Of a stretch of DNA of 64,000 nucleotides, positions 38,001 through 48,869 are shown piece by piece. Under the pieces are notes generated by a model. It made no database searches. It saw only the letters and a program-made list of their open reading frames with translations, and had not been told where the DNA came from. This stretch comes from Mobula hypostoma (Eukaryota): positions 20,584,001-20,648,000 of the forward strand of contig NC_086123.1 of assembly GCF_963921235.1 (NCBI RefSeq). The letters run 5' to 3'. The position numbers were made by a program, and so were the translations under genes. Within the stretch, counting starts at the first letter, position 1. Every line of letters begins with the position of its first letter.

Positions 38001-41000
38001 GTCCTCACCAGACACTCAACTCTCACCTGTTGCTCCAAGTAACTATTTGCATGTGACAGTGGCCACACCCTCGTACACTGCTTGGACAGGCTAAAACTAG
38101 GTGGGGTGGTCTGTTTGCCTCAAATGCTGGTGAGATAGTGAGATAAGGAGATGCCTACCCTAGTACGTGAATTCAGTTTCAGTGGACTGGGCAGATGAGA
38201 TCAACAGTGAGATCCAACAGCCAGGAAGGCAGTTCTGCAGCGCTCCGTGGAGAGCGAAGGGTGTGCGAGATACCGAAGACTTCATGGTCATCCATTGCAA
38301 ACAGAGAAGTCTCCAGTTCTGACGATAACTCGTACCACCAGAATAGGTTGAGAGAGTGAAACTAACCCAGTGCAACGGCCTTTTCATTTTAAAAGCTTTC
38401 CCGCACAGATTCCTATCATCATTGTTGAAATCAACGGATAACCAACATATAATACTGCAGATCTTTCCATAACGATGAGATGAGTTGTGTACTTGATAAA
38501 TGTAACTTGTTAACAGCCTCTATTTATAATTTGGGTATTTTGCAGAAACAATATCTGGCAGAAAAAAAAGGATATTCCATGCACTTGCACCATCCACCTG
38601 ATATTAAAAAAAGTTAGTACCGTGTTGATTTGAAAATCTTTTGTCTAGTATGATACTTATCCAGAACACTAATCCCAACAGGATCAGTGTGCAATTAGAA
38701 AACTAACATTTGAATGATATTTTTAAGTACAGATTCTACAAGTTTGCTCATCGTGTTTTAGTCACAGACCGATGAAACAATTTACTAGAATCTTGCAAGG
38801 TGAAGCAATATTTTCAGGTACAGTATACCGTATTGCACAAAGAAATTAATTAAAAACGAGAATTATTCATTGCGTATCTATTCTGTCTGAGTGCATGAAT
38901 GTCAATTAAAATATAAATTGCCTACAGTTTGGATATTCCAGCCTTTCATGGGAAAACTAGTAGTTTGGTAGAGAAAACTGGGATTTTGCAATGTTCTATG
39001 ATATCAGGCAAAGAAGCAGCAATAATGAAAATTAGCCTTGCTAGGTAACACAGCTGTTCTGCATTACAGTCAGCTGTGTTGGTTGTCCCAAGTTTCCAAT
39101 GGCTGCAGAGTAGCAATTTGCTGTAATCCAGCTTCTGATCTCCCACAGACAACTCAAAGGTTAAATATTGCAACTCTGCAATACAAAAGTTAGCATATAC
39201 CCACTAAACAGGAAGAGTGAAGTAGACTGAATTTAATTTATACACAGAAACCTAAATTAAGCTTGGGAAGGAGGAATAGGAATTTTTGTATGTGAAAATG
39301 ACGGATTGATACAGGAGTTGTAATTTTTTAAATATCTCCAATACCAACTTCTGAAAAAATGAAATGAAAAATATTTTTCCACAACTAGTGAAACGTTTTG
39401 CAGTTTTATTTTTTACCAGTAAAATATTTAAGCTTAAATGCATCAATCTTATTTCTGGCATAGCATGTATGCCAATTAATCCTACAACTTCCTGGCGTTA
39501 TATTTAAATCTATGTGTGTAGACACTACAATATTATGTAATAAGGTTTACTATTGTTATAAATCCAAATCTTAGGGCAATGAGGAAAATCCAAAGCAAAC
39601 AACCACTGATCATGTTAGCATGGTCCTAAACAGAATGGAGTGTTCCTAATGGTGGAACATCTTATCCATACAATTGGCAGAGATAAAACTGAAAAAGTTT
39701 TGAGAATAAATTTAGAGGGGGGAAAAACGTTGGTAAATCTCATGTGAGCAAAGGATATTGGGAATGGTGAAGGTGGAGTGCTGTGGGGGGGGGTATGGGA
39801 TAGGTGGCAGAGGAGTGCCAGGGTGGGGGGTGGTGCATGCACAGGCACACCCAGCCCTGAAACACCAGGAAAGGTCATTTGATTTCAAACAATTGGTTTA
39901 TTGATCATTACGTATGCATGTGCTTAAGACTTTTATCATAGTACTGTATGTCTAAGTGAGCTGATCTTTGTAACTAGAACTTGTTCATGAAAATATCACT
40001 GAAAAACATGCAGAAATGCTAAGATCTTTACTCGTAAGGGTGAAGGATATACTGTCATAATTCTGAGGTCAAATACCCATTTTACAAACTACTGAGAGAA
40101 AAGAAAAAGTTCTGTGATATACCAACAAAGAATCATTGTTTGAAGGGAGACTGACGGCATGAAAATAATTGTTTTACCAACATGATGCCATTATATTCTT
40201 TCCCATTAATTGTTCAGAGATGATGAATTTCTATAGCAGCCAAAAACTGTGACATTTAGCATATCCCTTACCTCATCAAAGTCTCCTCTGACAATGTGGA
40301 CATCTCCAGCCAGTGTTTTAAGATAATCATAGCTCTCTTTGGTGCAAAGATTTCCTGTGCATAAAATATGCTGGATTTTACCAGGTACCAACAATTTCTT
40401 GAACTTGGCTGGCAAAGTGTTACAGCGGTGAGGAATGTGAAGGTCTCCCAATACCAGCACCAACTGTAGGAAAAGTGAAAAACAAGAAGTTTTTATAAAC
40501 TCTTCTAAACATGCATATTAGCAAATAGAACAGGTCAGTACATTACAGAAGGCCCTGTGGCCCATGATGTCGATTTAAAGTGCACAACTGCCTGCATGTT
40601 GACTGTATCCCTGCCTGTTCATGTGTATCTAAATGCCTCTTCAAACATTATATATGATTTTATTGTAAGGTTTTAATAGTAAAATAACTATAATGAACAT
40701 AATATATTGCTTCACAATGTAATTCAAAATCTAATTCCTGCCACAAATGAATAAATCACACAGTGCTTACAAGGCTGCTCTTGGCAATGATTGATATCAA
40801 GTCTTTCTCATCACCTTGACAGTAACAGTAGAAAGAGTTCACTCTCAATAATCAGTTCCTGGTTAACAAAATCATGCTTGGAGAAATACACAGTGGATCC
40901 TGCATACAATAGGTTAGGAAGTCAATTTTTGATGCTAAAACTTTTAGTTGTTTATATTTCACATCACCATCAGGATCAGGATTTTCCTCATGAATTTTGT

Positions 41001-44000
41001 ATGACACTTACTTGATCAACTCATGGATATGCAGTTAACAGTCCAAAGTAGCGTTTAAGCCATTCACTCTTTTCCAGGTCCACAAAATTCACTTTCCAGT
41101 TTCAGCATACCGTAAAAGGTCTTTAACATTTTCTTCATCAGACAATTGCACCCCATAAACTTACAGTGAGAGCTTTTAAAGTTGCCGTCAGGCTGAAGAA
41201 CTTCAACACCTTAATCTTGATTTGACAAACAGCATAGTTGAAATTGGTTGCTTCTTAATAGGACAAGCATTATCCAATTTTCTTTTTTTTTGTTAGCATT
41301 TTTCTTTTTTTAAATTTTATTTTTATTTGGATAAGGAATTCACAAGTATCATGTACTTTTTTCACACGTATAACCTTTTCCATCTTTTATATGTATAAAA
41401 CTATAATTATTTATACATTCTTAAGTACACATTGAGATGATATAAAAGGAAATTAGACACTTAATGTACAGTTGAAATTCTAATCTATTAGGCTAAGTAA
41501 TGGTATTAGTTGTTAAGAAAAATAGTAATAATAGTTTCCATACATCTCTTCTGGACCACTGCTACTGGTCCAAAATGTTGTATGTAAGCCTATGTAACAA
41601 CCATTGTAGGCGTTTATATCCTAACTTGTTCATGCTTGCTCCTGCCCCCAGACATAATTATCCAATCCCTATGTACTTATTTACTTAATTTTATCATTTT
41701 TATCCCTTTCCCAAATCTTTTCCTTTACTTGTATTAATTCTCTATTTTCCAAAAGAAAACAAAAACAGTAAACATTTAGACTAGGAGTGCTTACGTTAGC
41801 AATATTACTGTGTTGATGAGAGCAGCATAAATCATTAGGAGAGTCATCTAAAGTCTGCTCGCATTGGGGTTATATATTCAATCCATTTATTCCAGATTTG
41901 ATAAAATTTTTCTTTTTGAATTCTCAGGGAGTAAGTCAACTTTTCCATTTTAAATATTTCCAACATAATTTCGTGCCAATCTTCTAATGTAGGTGGTATT
42001 GGATTTAGCCACTTTCTAGTGATTGATTTCTTACTTGCCGCTAAGAGGGCCTGCAGCAACTTTATATCTTCCTTCTGTTCAAGAAACAATACATGCCCCA
42101 AATAGATACCTCTCAAAGTTCAGAGGTATCTGGGACCTAAGTACCTTAACTAATGTTCTATGAATACCTTCCCAATATAGAATTAATTTAGGGCAACCCC
42201 AGAAAATATGAAAATGATTTGCCTCCTTGGAGCTGCACCTTCTCCAACACGTCACGTTTGTATCTTTATATTTTTCCTGATACGGGGTCTTGAAGTATCT
42301 TATAATATTTTTCCAACAATGTTCTCTCCAAATCAAAGAAATAGTCGAGGACCACTGAAAGCTGCATATTTTCCCCCAAACCTCCTCTGAAAGTACCAAC
42401 CCCGCTTCTTTCTCCCACTTCTCTTTAATATACAATGTGTTTACATTTTTAGCATGGGAGAGTGCATTATATAATCAAGAAACTGATTTACTAGGTATTG
42501 AACTGCAAGCCGAATTCAGAATCTTGAAAAATTCTAATTCTACTGTTGATAGGTCTGTATATCTACAACTCTGGTTAACATAGTTTCGTACCTGAAGGTA
42601 CCTAAAAAAGTCATTGTGTTCTAGGCCATGTTTGTCCTGCAGGATTTGGAAACTTTGTAATACTCTTTTATCTATAAATGAGAGGTAGGTTGCAAGACCT
42701 TTCTTTATCCATAGTTCAAATCTTTTATCTCCTCTGTTGGGAAGGAATTCAGTATCACATGCACACCATCTGAAGAGTTTTAACATGTTACTAATTCCAC
42801 ACAAATTAACCACCTGCATTATCCAATTTTCACAACTGAAAATGCAGGACTGCCTAATAAACAAAGCATCTTTTTGTACACTGAGCAGTTTCAACTTCAT
42901 CTGTGGATTGATAACACTCCTTTTCAGTGTGTTAAGTGCTAAGAATGTTTTTGCATCGATATGGACCTCTCTGGACATTTAACTACCCAGAAAGGGAACA
43001 TGTCCATAGTCTAAAACACATAATCCCTGATGACAACTAGTGGAGCTGGACAGGCTGAAAGATTACTGCCATCCTTCTAAAATCAATTATCATGCTAACT
43101 TTCAGGAAAGTAATTGCATGATGGCTTAGGATTGACGTCAAATCATCTTGGATGTGGTCCAAAAGAATAAAAATAAGAGTTCACCAAGTTCATTCAATAC
43201 CTTCATTTTAGATGCTAGACCAAGATTGAACAGCCAGTTTTGAATATGATCTTAACTCCCATTTCAAGATCATTAAAAAACCTCTGAAAAACACACATAA
43301 AATCCAAAAGAATATCTACACAAGATTATTCAGTAAAACTGTCCCTACAAGTAGTCATTTTACCTATAACTAGTCCCAATATTGACTGATTAATTAACAT
43401 TATTTGAGATATAGCGCTGATGGGTCCACAATCTAACTCCAGAAATAACACTAATCACACCAAAAACATCTGATAGCTAATGGATGCATCTTCCTTGACT
43501 GGTATTGGAAAACATGGCAGAAATATTTATGTACATAAAGATATTAAATTCAATTTACTAACATTAATTATTCCCAAAAAATGCAATTTAACAAAATCAT
43601 ATTTAAATACCACTATGTAAAAGATTTTTTAAAATAATGAAATAAATATTGCTGATAATAAGGCCATAAAGACACACATTTGGCCTATCAAATCTGCTCC
43701 AACATTTCATCATGGCTAATCCAATTTTCCTCTCAGTCCCAATCTCCTGCCTTCTTCCTGTATCCCTTCATGCTCTGACCAATCAAGAATCTATCAATCT
43801 CTGCCTTCAGTATACCTACAGACTTTGCCTCCACAGTTGCCTGTAGCAATGAATTCCATAGATTTACCACTCTCTGGCTAGACAAATTCCTCCTCATCCC
43901 CCTTCTAAAAGGATACCCCTCTATTCACAGCCTCTATTCTGAGGCCGTGTCCTCTAGTCTTAGACTCTCCCACCATAAGAAAATCCTCTCCACATCCACA

Positions 44001-44882
44001 ATATCAAGTCCTTTCACCATCCGATAGGTTTCAATCATCAAAACCAACTATTAACAAGGTAACTACAGTAGTGTCAACATGAAACCAATAACACCTTACG
44101 TATGGGGAGTTAAATTAAATTCCCCTGACCTTGTAATAGCTCTGTTTACACGTGTAACTTTCAATTATTTAGCAATTAATTTTAAGCAGACAGGAAAGCT
44201 TACTTCCCCCAAAGCATTATGGAGGGGGTTAAAAGGCCTACAATGATACTTCATTTTACTTCCTGCAGCATAAAAAGGCATATTCTACAAGGTTTCAAGC
44301 CTTAACCTTTTTTATGCCATGGACCAACACCATTAAGCAAGGGGTCTGCGGACCCCACGTTGGGAGCCCCAGTTTAAGTCAGGTCAAACTACGGAATATG
44401 TTCCGCTTAAACGGTAAATAAAACAATTAAACATTCTAAATTGGCCATACTTTAATGGATATTCCTGATTAATAAAATAGCATGACAATTCTATTATTTT
44501 TTCCAACACCGAAGACATATAGTCGTTTAATAAAATCGCATTATCAGGGACTGACTATTGCACAGATCATTCATAAAACATAGGAAGAAGGGGAGGCACC
44601 CGGGCTGTCGCTGCTGGATGGTACCACCGCCACTTGCCTGTACAGCCCCTACCCCCGAGCAGAGGCTCGTCCAGTCCAGCTGACAGGCATCATGTGACTG
44701 CCCCAAACTCACTTGCAGGCCCTAGACACCAACCACCGCCCCTGGACAATTTCAAACCCTCTGCTCGAACATTAGGCACGTTAAAAGAACCAACGCGTTG
44801 TTGTTTATCAAGACAACCAGACAAAAGAAAAACAAACGACAGCACTGCAACGCGCGGCTCCCGAGCTCCGTAAACTCACCAT
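34916..44882 (-). CDS. VPS29: Vacuolar protein sorting-associated protein 29 (retromer/retriever subunit), join(44880-44882,40272-40463,37243-37478,34916-35033), 182 aa
   Basis: [15 protein letters not shown]...[10 protein letters not shown]...SGHTH...NPGSATG...[11 protein letters not shown]; all junctions GT-AG. Confidence 0.98.
37243..37478 (-). CDS. VPS29: VPS29 exon 3
   Basis: ORF 37239..37514; tttcag|AAT and GG|GTAAGT; 236 nt. Confidence 0.98.
40272..40463 (-). CDS. VPS29: VPS29 exon 2
   Basis: ORF 40206..40463; ctacag|TTG and GAG|GTAAGG; 192 nt. Confidence 0.98.
41283..42815 (-). mobile_element. 5'-truncated L1/Tx1-clade LINE with poly(A) tail and 16-bp TSD
   Basis: TSD GCATTATCCAATTTTC at 41267-41282 and 42816-42831; poly-T on +; ORF2 C-terminal pieces with zinc knuckle CWRRC...[11 protein letters not shown]. 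Confidence 0.93.
44300..44372. repeat. Small hAT-like MITE (inverse copy at about 23900-23976)
   Basis: Two copies in the window sharing aacctt..tatgccatgga...ggacccc. Confidence 0.55.
44880..44882 (-). CDS. VPS29: VPS29 exon 1 coding part (ATG only)
   Basis: gaaaATG|GTGAGT in a CpG-rich patch; an ATG-only first coding exon is known for vertebrate VPS29. Confidence 0.88.
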
Positions 44883-45000
44883 TTTCCAAGCGTATGGACG
44901 AAGACCAGCTTCTCAATGAACAAACGCAACACCTAGTGCAGGGGCAACCAATCAAATTGCAGATTAGGAACCGGTCCCGACGGCGCTGCCAACAGGACAA
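44883..45000 (-). promoter_or_regulatory. VPS29 5'UTR and promoter (CpG patch, CCAAT box 44948-44952)
   Basis: CpG enrichment around exon 1. Confidence 0.55.
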
Positions 45001-45972
45001 TCTTTGAAATTAGAATTTATTGTTTTGAATTTTAAATTTCTTTTGCTTAGGGTTTGAATGACAAGTGATGGTAGTGTCAGTTGAATTAATTTTTTCTAAA
45101 GATGCTGGAAATCTAAAATAAATATACTGGCAAAATATTCAGCTGCTATTTTGTTTGTTTCTTGCATTTCAGTTTCTCTATAACATCATTTCCCTTTACG
45201 TCTTCACTATTTGTAGTGTCCAATTGCATTTTACAGCACTTTTCATCTGTAGGAAGACTTGTCAAAGTACTTTATATTGAAAAGGAAATTAATGCCAAGC
45301 AGAAAACGAAGTGAGGAAACTGAGAGCTCCGGGTTTGGGATAAAGCATAAAGATTGAGTTTATTCAATTTCAGTTTGGGGTTAGGAAAGACGTGGGACTA
45401 ATCGGTGAATTTCTGATATTGTTGAACTGACACGATTGAACAAGGGTGGTGTTGTTTGGTTGTATTTGGAAATCAAATAAAGTGGGATAAATTTGAAAGA
45501 GGGATTGAAATTTTATACAAATTTAGATAGGCACAGATTGACAAAAATATATATCTTTTAGTATGCCATGATGTCTCAATTACAGATAGTACTATAATCT
45601 ATTGCCATTTTATGAGGCATTGATCTTAATGCCAATCAGCTGCTCTTTGAGGGACTGGAACCTTTTGAAGTTAATGTAGATCTCAAAGTTGATATGCAGC
45701 ACTCACAGTGATACTTGCACAGTTGATGGCATCTTACACTATCTAATCCTGGTAAAGTTGTGTGCTTCCTAACTCTCCCTAATAAAATGGAATTAAAGCG
45801 GTGCCGCAGGAAGGCGGCGTCCATCATTAAGGATCCCCACCACCCAGGACATGTCCTCTTCACACTGTTACCATCGGGAAGGAGGTACAGAAGCCCGAAG
45901 GCACCCACTCAATGATTCAGGAACAGCTTCTTCACTTGTGCCATCCAATGTCTGAATGGACATTGAACCCAT

Positions 45973-46209
45973 TGTGGTAAACCATGTATATAGGTTGTAA
46001 CTGGGTTACCTGTCTGGACATGCCTGGACACGTCCCTCTGCTGACTGCTCCTGTGGCTCCTCCCACAGACCCCTGAATAAAGGCGATTGTGTCTTTGCTC
46101 CTGCCACAGTCCAGGACAGACATACAGAATGGATGTGGATCCATTTTACTGTTAATAAAAGCCTTTCAGTATTTAATTCCAGTCTTTTGGAGTAATTGAT
46201 AGTGCATCA
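45973..46209 (+). mobile_element. Solo LTR (TG...CA) nested in a LINE 3' fragment
   Basis: TG..CA ends, CCCAT/CACAT 5-bp flanks, AATAAA at about 46154; interrupts the host repeat cattgaacccat|gaacactacctc. Confidence 0.7.
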
Positions 46210-47039
46210 CACATGAACACTACCTCACTACTTTTTACATTATTTGCACTAGAGATATATATACTTAATGTAAGTCAGTTTTTCCTGCATATTTGTTTAT
46301 CGTGTATTTCATTGTACTGCTGCCGTAAAGTTAACAAATTTCACGACACATGCCAGTGATATTAAATCTAAGTTTGATTCTGAAAATAAGTCACATCTGT
46401 TGGAATGGAGAATATAAGACAAAATGCATGATACTGTAAGGTGTTATGCTCACCCTGACAACCAATGGCAATGTGATATTTGCCCTCCTGGGAAACATTT
46501 CTTCCAACTAAGAATGAAAAGACTTTAGTTACATTTTCCATATTGGAGGCGCAATAAAGAGTTGGTCTTGATACACAGAAATGTAAGGAGATGGCAAATG
46601 GCAAATGGCCTGCAGTTCATACTCCAACTATGAAATAATCTGTTTGCACTTTGCTGAGTGGGAAGGGTCACTCATTTGGAGAAACTTTGAAGGTGCGATT
46701 ATTTTAGTTTTCTTTCTTCACTGCTTCATCCTGCCTAACATTCTCAAGGCCTTTTTGTTTTGCACACAGCAGCTGGCAATATGGGGCTTCAGGAAACAGT
46801 ATGTGCTGTCCATGTTTGTGAGAAGGTTCTTGTTTGTGGAAAGGCAGTATTGCTTTCTTCCATAGTTGTTCATGTGAAAGTTCTTCCAATGATACAGTCA
46901 TTAAAAAGGACATTCAGTCTTCTCCCCAGCATTCTAGTGTATTCTTAATGCTATCAGTTGCTTTGAGTCACCTCATCCTGTCTGATGCCAAATAGGATTT
47001 CCACCTTGTTTAATTGGCATTAAATTGAACAAGGTAGAT

Positions 47040-47239
47040 ATCCCGCTGCTGCCTGTGAAGAGTTTGTACATTCTTCCCATGACTGCATGGGTTTCCTCTG
47101 GGTGCTCCGGTTTCCTCCCACAGTCCAAATACATTGGTAGGTTAATCAGTCATTGTAAATTGTTTCATGATTTAAGTTGGGGGATTTCTGGGCTGCACGG
47201 CTTGAAGGGCATTCTGTGCTGTATCTCAATAAATAAATA

Positions 47240-47270
<31 letters not shown>

Positions 47271-47272
47271 AT
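47040..47272 (+). mobile_element. V-SINE with (TAAA)n tail
   Basis: V-domain GGTTTCCTCTGGGTGCTCCGGTTTCCTCCCACA; tail repeat. Confidence 0.8.
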
Positions 47273-48399
47273 GCAAACTTTCTACCCTTTGCTTGTCAGG
47301 TGCTGAGTATCATCTGCACTTTCTGCATCTCATCTTGCGTGAGTTATCAGCTCCCGGCATAGTATAAACATTCCAACGTCAGAAAGTGGTGACACACTGA
47401 TAGTTCCTGATCAATTTGAAATTTGGTACTTTATTCGTTTCCAATGAGGCAGAACTATCAATTGGAGGAAGTTCTTTCTGTGCAGACTGTTGCAGAATGA
47501 TCTGTTGATTCCCTCTATCTCGGATTCTGCCAGGCAATCCTTTACTCGAGAGCTGGAATGAATCGGTTCACTGTATTCAACGTGCTGCTTATTTTGTCAA
47601 TTATGTTGGCTGGAAATGGTTTTGTACGTAGGAGATATTTCCATCCCTAATGATATGGTGGGATCGCAGGTATGTACTCCAGACAATGTCTTCCCATTCA
47701 CACCACAGAATTCCAACACTACTTCAGGAGACTTTAGCATTCAATACTGCACAAGTTGAGTGTGGAATTAAACATTTGGTTAATTTTCTGAGGCAAAAGA
47801 TAAAAACAGTTATGATTAATGCCATAAGGCTTATCTTCAAAACAGTTCCCACAGTCAACTACCTCCCTTGATCCCCAGTCTCATTCTTTATTTGTTCAGA
47901 GGATCATCTGATCTTTTCACTGCTAAATCAAAGCACATTAAATGACATATCAAAGGCACACTGCACAATCAATACTTCCCCAGCTGTAGCATTTACCTTT
48001 GATGTGTCTTTAGTTCTGCCTACAATCTTAGCAGTATAATTTAGGCGCAACATATTTGAAGTAGCCGGAAATTGATAATGCCCATTTTTATTCTCTGTAC
48101 TGAGAGCGTGGGTAGATAATTTTTGAAATACTTCAGTTGGCAGTTAAAAAAAAACAAATTGAAGTTTATGCCCCAACTTCAAAAATAGAGAAAAAAACAC
48201 GTCAAAGAGCGTAAAAATTACAAATGTCGATTTATTGCACATCTGGTATTGGAAATGGACCAAAAGCCAGCTGTTACATTGAGGGAAATTGGATTTAATA
48301 ACGTGTGAATGAAATAACACTACAAAATGCAGACACGTCGTGTACCTGGTTGTTCATCCTTCGTGAATTTATTTTAATTCCTTACAACATGTTTGATAA

Positions 48400-48835
48400 A
48401 CTGGTACCTAACTGACTAGTCTAATGGCGGAAAGCAACCCGCGGAGGGAGGGGTGTACAGGAATACTGTCGTTTCATTCCGCGTGGAGTTAGGGTAGGGG
48501 TGGGTTTTGGAGTGGATTGTCGCAAGCCCTGAGGGCCTGGGCCAGCTGATGAGCCCGCTGACCGGCGACATGTCGAACCTGGCCTCACTCTGTGGAGAAG
48601 TCGAGTCGACGCTCGAAGCCCGTGCCCGGGCGGATGGCGCGAAACTCTGAGCGTCCATCACGCCCGTCCTCTCCATGAACAGTATCCCGGGACCAGGGAA
48701 AATGCTCATGTGCTGCGTAGAGAAAATACAACTCCTCATTTAAGATTATTATTTCAAAACCATTTTACTGTCTCACTTGTTAAAATCAAGCGTGATTTGC
48801 GTTAGTGACGGGTGAAACCAGATAAGGATATTACC
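48400..48835 (+). promoter_or_regulatory. RAD9B CpG island / 5' region with E2F site (GCGCGAAA 48637-48644), MYB-like TAACTG (48409) and CHR-like TTCAAA (48753)
   Basis: Dense CpGs in an AT-rich background directly upstream of the ATG; motif matches by eye. Confidence 0.6.
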
Positions 48836-48869
48836 ATGAAATGCATCATTCCCGCAAACAACCTGAGAG
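48836..48869 (+). CDS. RAD9B: RAD9B exon 1 ([11 protein letters not shown])
   Basis: accATG context; G|GTAGTT donor. Confidence 0.88.

Noticed and set aside
48416-48739. 107-aa antisense ORF, and faint CDC25-like look of the MSPLTGDMSNL uORF
   Set aside because: Stop-poor GC-rich island; similarity too short to support.
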